64,000 nt of DNA from Stylophora pistillata (lineage: Eukaryota). Location of the stretch: contig NW_019217831.1 of assembly GCF_002571385.2 (NCBI RefSeq), positions 299,885-363,884 on the forward strand. The letters are read 5' to 3'. The notes beneath the pieces are model-generated. The model was not told the DNA's origin. It did no database searches and saw nothing but the letters and a program-made list of their open reading frames with translations. Position numbers and translations under genes: made by a program. Below, piece after piece: positions 59,001 to 64,000 of this stretch; position 1 is the first letter of the stretch, and each line of letters opens with the position of its first letter.

Positions 59001-62000
59001 CCTACTCTTTATCTTTGATTGAAAAACCCTACAGATGATGTATGAAGGATTGTTTGCAATTTTATAGTTATCCTTCTCTTTTCACCCTTTCTTGTCCAGT
59101 CTCCTTCCTGACTTTTTTGCTGTGATTCTGTTCCCTGTCTTCTTCTGTTGTAAAGTTTCCTCTGATCCAACTGGTTTTTACAGTTTTTAATCAGAGACTG
59201 AGCACCAAAAAATTTGTCTCAACCTGAAGTAAGACTTTCTCCTGAAAATTTCGCAGTAATGTGTCTGGAGTTTTCATGAGTAAGATTGCCAAGTTCACAC
59301 CCTATACTATAGCCTTAGTCCTGATCGTTTGTGCCAGAAAAACGTGATAAAATCTGTGGGAGGGGCATCACCCCAATTGATATACACTGCATACAATAGA
59401 AGTTACAAGACACCCTTTCACATCATGCTGTCGTGACTGGGATAGGCTACTAGGCTACAGCTCTGTAGAATTTGTGTAGTGCAGTACATGTATTTGTCAG
59501 TGATCTTCTTTCTTTTTTTGCCTGTACCATTATTATGTTTTTATTTGGCTTTTCTTGTTATATTTCAGACAGTGGATCCCAAGAGAGTTGCAACAGGTCG
59601 TAGCTGGGACTGTTTTGAACAGCTACTGGACAACCCGCCAGAAGTCTTCATGGATGTGTCACAGCTCCTTCTTAAGTTTGCGTCCAACATCATCAACAAT
59701 CCTGATAATCCAAAATACCGAGCCATTAGAGTCAGCAACAAGATTTTCCAGTCACGTCTTCTTCCAGTGAATGGAGCTGTGGAATGTCTCTTCACCATGG
59801 GATTCCAAGAGGTATTACTGGAAAGAAAACTTAATTTCCATCAGGGCTATCAATAAGTTTGAAAGTACAGGCAAACCTCCACTTACAGCCTTCTTTCTAT
59901 AATGGCGACCCCTCCACAACGGTCACTTTTGGTCCCAGCAGGCTGTTCATACATTCAATTAAACCCTTGTATAACAGCCACTTCCCCACTAGGGCCACTT
60001 TCTCCTGTCCTTGGGGTGCCTGTTTGCAAACATCCTCACAATACATGCTCCTGTCCTTGGGATGGCTGTGGCGGAAAGGTTCAACTGTAGAAGGAAAACA
60101 AGATGAATCAGGTGGCCATGCTATTGTGGATGCCTTGTTATTGTGGAGGCCATGTTGTTTCAAAACGTTGTACTACAAATTTCAGGAGGTTTGATAAGTT
60201 TGAAGAAAACAGTAAAAACTGCATAATAGGCAGCTAATAGAAGTTCAATCTTGACTCAAATGTTGTTGATTTCAGAGAAAACAGCTGCTGATTTTTCTTC
60301 ACATAGATGGCAAATTTAGCTGGTTCCCAGCTCTTGTTGAAACCCTTATAGTTTGGGAATTACTCAGTTAAAATTACCTAGGTGTCCAACAAAATTTGCA
60401 CCAAGCAAATTCTGAATATGAAATAACAGAAAATGGTTACAGGTGATTTATGCATTCAGTCTCACTAAAAACTGGGAATTGGCTGGTGTGAATTTATGGA
60501 TAGTATTTTGATAGTCGTATATATTATGTTAAAATGAGGCAAAAGTAACCAGCTAAAGATAGCAATTAACAATTTGTATCAAATTTTGCAGAGAGGTGAC
60601 CAACTAGTGTGCCCCCAAGGCGAATCGTTAGAAAACATGTTAATTCTTCAGGACGCGTTGAACGACGAGAGAAGTCATCGTAGCGCTGCACAGGAACCTG
60701 AACCAACTCCAACTTCAACTCCAACTTCAACTCTAGCACCAGTTAACCAACCTCAAAACAATGGCCCTTCGTGTGGACAACCAACCATTGTTTCCAGTCC
60801 AACTGCATATCCATCGGTAATGATTTTGTCTTCTCTTCAATAACCCCTTGTTTAAGATAAGAAAAGGAGGGAGGCTTGATGCTCCGGTGGCCCTTAAGAT
60901 CAGTGGCACAGAATCGATCCCTAAATGATCATTTTGTTGGTGTTCTTTCGGACACTCAATTCGTACAGTACTCGTGTTCCTCTGGGATATAGAACCTCTT
61001 TGGGTTTTTTCTGATGCCAAAATTTTTGCAGTGGTAAGATGGCTAATTATTTCTCAACTGGCTGTCGTGAAACTGAGAGAGAAGGGATGGGGGGGGGGGC
61101 AAGGGTCTGTCGAGAATTAGTCTTGGAACCCCCCTCCCCCCATAAAAAATTCATACCCCTCTTAAGGTCCTGCAGCAAAGATTTCACTCAATTTGAATAA
61201 TTTGGATGGGGATAATTTTATTTCTATAAGAAGTTTAACGTCAGAATGATGGGTTAGGGTTCGAAAACAGCTCTACTTTCAAGAGCAATCCAAATGAAAG
61301 ATTTTTTTATTTTTGTTATTATAGGACAAGGAGAAGGACTTTCTCCTGAGACTTCACAGCTCGCTACAACATGTGCTTCTTTACGAAGATAAAGATTTGC
61401 AGCGAAGAGCACGGGAAATGATTCCTTTGGCTGAGTTAGAGAGGAAGGCCAAAGAAGCCAGTGAAAGAACAAAGCAGGGAGGGGACGGTGGAGTGGATGA
61501 AAGAGATTGCCTAGTGTTAGAAATGCTGAACTGGTTCAAAGGTAAATGCACTGTAACTATATCTTACTAGATAATTTAGTGTGTATTATCACTGAGTATT
61601 TTACGAGTCGTGGGTTCTTTAATGAGTTAAAAATACTCAGCGACTCTACATACCAAAACGTCCAACAATATCCCGCCATCTTGACCAAACAAGCTTGGTT
61701 GATAAAGGATTTATTATATTGCAAAAGGATTTCGCTTTATTAAGAACGACTTCACTTCGAGAGTCGAGAAAGAAAGCCAACTCTGTTTGTAGCACAACAA
61801 ACTCGCAAGAGTCGTTTCTATTTTTTTTTTCGGTGTGACTATTTTGGTCTTCTGCCGCTTTTTGCATTTACATCGCCGAAATACCCCAAGAATTACGAAC
61901 TTAGTTCTAATTCTTATCTTTTTCATGCGCGGGATCAATGTGGGCAATCTCAAGCATGGGCCCATCTTGCCCGCACGGGTAGCCAATCAGAATACAGGAC

Positions 62001-63858
62001 TCGCTTCATCTTGCCCACGGACGCTGTGAGCGATGAAGTAAGGTCCAATAATATAAATGTGCTACATGTTCAGTATTTCCAAGGTGGCTTAGATCAGCTA
62101 AATTGATAACGTCTTTTTCTCTATATTCCAGGTACTTTTTTCAAGTGGGTGGACAAACCTTCATGCCCGTCATGTGGTTCTCTAACGTTTGCTGTCGGTG
62201 TGGTTCCCCCAACACCTGAGGAAATGCTGTGGGGTGCTGGGAATGTAGAGAGCTACAAATGTCTAAACTGTGGAAAGGTTACGAGATTCCCAAGATATAA
62301 TCATCCTGCAAAACTTTTAGGTGAGAATATGGGGCAAGATCTTTTCAATCAAGAACTCATTTTTATTTAACAATTAGATTCCATGTTGCCAAGGGTCTGT
62401 GGAGTAATATATCATAGATGACGTAAAAACAAATAAGTGGAATGAAAGGCGCTGCCGAGGTGTCACTATATTCTCACCACGTTTTGACGTCTCGTGTAAT
62501 CTGTCACTATACAGATACACGGCAATATGGAATCTATTTGTCAATCGGAGCGTGATATTGAGGGTTTCATACAGTGGCAACCTTCGGCTAGAAAGTGCCT
62601 TGACTTTTTATTTATTTATTTGTAGAAACGCGCAGTGGCCGATGCGGTGAATGGGCCAACTGTTTTACATTATGCTGTCGAGCTGTTGGATTTGAGGCGC
62701 GACACATTTTGGATTGGACAGATCATGTGTGGACAGAAGTGTATTCTGTAGCTCAAAAGAGATGGCTACACTGTGACTCTTGTGAAAACGCCTGCGATAA
62801 ACCGCTGCTTTATGAGGCTGGCTGGGGAAAGAGACTCAGTTATATTATAGCGTTCTCACATGAGCAGGTCAGTTTAGTGACTGTATTTGTAGACTATTTA
62901 ACAACAGGAGTTTTTCGATGTTAATTCTTTTCATGCTGTGCGTGTTTGATGAGGATATAGGTCTTGGATGTGACATGGCGATACTCTGCTAAGCATGAAG
63001 AGGTGAAAAAGGCAAGAAATCTAGTGTCTGAAGCCTGGTTGGTGGAGACGTTGAATAGAATGACTCTAGAGGTGAGGGCAATTGCGGGTAAATATGCGAC
63101 AATGTAAGGAAGGCAAACGGGGAAAAAAAAAAGTCCTTCAGAAAAAGCGCAGGAAAAAAAGATGAGCGGTGAGAAACAGGAACGGATAGCTGGTTAAAAG
63201 TGCGGGAAAGTGAGCAACTGATGTAAAACGCTGGTAAACGAAAAGCAAGTCAAAGTGGAAGATTTAAAAATCAATGATAATGTGGGTAAACAAATAACGG
63301 GCGAGAAAGGCGGGAAAACGAGTAACAGGCAGAAAAGGCGGGAAATCGGGTAACGGGCATAAAAGGCGGGAAAACGAGTAACGAGCAAAAATAGGCGGGG
63401 AAACGAATAACGGGCGAGTAAGACGGGAAAACGAGCAATCACCGAGTTCATTGTTGGAGATAATCCGGTGAAAAACTGTTGAAAATAAATGGCAAAAAAC
63501 GCTCACTAACTAGTATTCGGGGATAGCAAGTTAATGTTACTGTTCAAGAGTGACAATAAGCATCAATTTTTGACTAGCGACGGGCGCGGACATCTGCCTC
63601 CACTGAAAATTTAGGGGTTATCTTTCACCACCTCTTTGCTGCCCTTATCAGCTTACTAAAATAAAGTGTTCGTTTTAGCACCAAAGAAACCTTAGTGAAG
63701 CTCGGCGGAAAGTTTTAGCAGAGCGCCAGGTGAAGGAATTGGTAGAGTTCTTCACCATCAAGTCTGTTCGTCATGATGAACTACAGGGGCGAGTGTCGGG
63801 TTCTTTGGCCTGGAGGCTGCTTCGAGGCGAAACAAAACAACAAGCAGATGAACAGAAG
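56019..63858 (+). CDS. NGLY1: Cytoplasmic peptide:N-glycanase with N-terminal thioredoxin and PUB domains (3'-partial)
   Basis: Exons 56019-56134, 57317-57413, 58323-58469 (Trx: [18 protein letters not shown]), 59569-59811 (PUB: [24 protein letters not shown]), 60592-60816, 61325-61541, 62132-62320 (CPSC/CLNC Zn motifs, RFPRYNHP), 62626-62867 ([23 protein letters not shown] catalytic C/H/D), 62961-63071 (DVTWRY), 63679-63858 ([10 protein letters not shown]). All phases consistent; gene continues past the window. Confidence 0.95.
58512..58797 (+). mobile_element. tRNA-derived SINE with conserved central core
   Basis: Head TGGCGGCCTCATGGTTAGCGTGCTC, core GTGTTCCTAGGCAAGACAC..AAATGGGTACC; degenerate inverted copy at ~32055-32305. 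Confidence 0.65.
63290..63440. repeat. Degenerate ~29-30-bp minisatellite in NGLY1 intron
   Basis: AAAGGCGGGAAAACGAGTAACGGGC-like unit, about 5 copies. Confidence 0.75.
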
Positions 63859-64000
63859 GTGAATCACAAAATACTTGTTTTGTGCCATTTTCTGTTAGTG
63901 CAAAATTACACCCATTTCGAGAAGGAAACTGTACAATACAAACCTGTTAAGATAGGAAGCTATGATTGAGGCAGTAATAGACAAGGAAAGAAGATGGATA

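Noticed and set aside
63194-63506. Minus-strand ORFs with RFPAF repeats
   Set aside because: Translation of an intronic minisatellite.

Overview
Eukaryotic, intron-rich, AT-rich genomic DNA. The repeat landscape suggests a cnidarian, probably a stony coral (inference). Three protein-coding loci are supported. (1) The 3' ~41 kb of a + strand Trio/Kalirin-family RhoGEF-kinase gene: spectrin repeats, DH1-PH1, SH3, DH2-PH2, SH3, Ig, FN3, Ser/Thr kinase, ending STTV*. I traced about 45 exons with consistent splice phases; one PH1 exon is missing, probably at the N gap. (2) A convergent - strand multi-pass membrane ORF resembling PRRT3/PRRT4. (3) The 5' part of a + strand cytoplasmic peptide:N-glycanase (NGLY1/PNG1) with an unusual thioredoxin(WCGPC)-PUB-transglutaminase architecture. 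Introns and intergenic DNA carry a Penelope-like retroelement with a 334-bp inverted arm pair and a 13-bp TSD, five minimal hammerhead-ribozyme motifs, SINEs, a LINE tail, MITEs and satellites. Most interesting: a set of unannotated, phase-compatible alternative first and last exons inside the Trio/Kalirin gene, including a MGCCSK lipid-anchor first exon that would give a p63RhoGEF-like membrane-bound Gq-to-RhoA GEF; the Trx-PUB-PNGase fusion; and the ribozyme-bearing foldback Penelope. All calls are from manual reading; no database searches were run.
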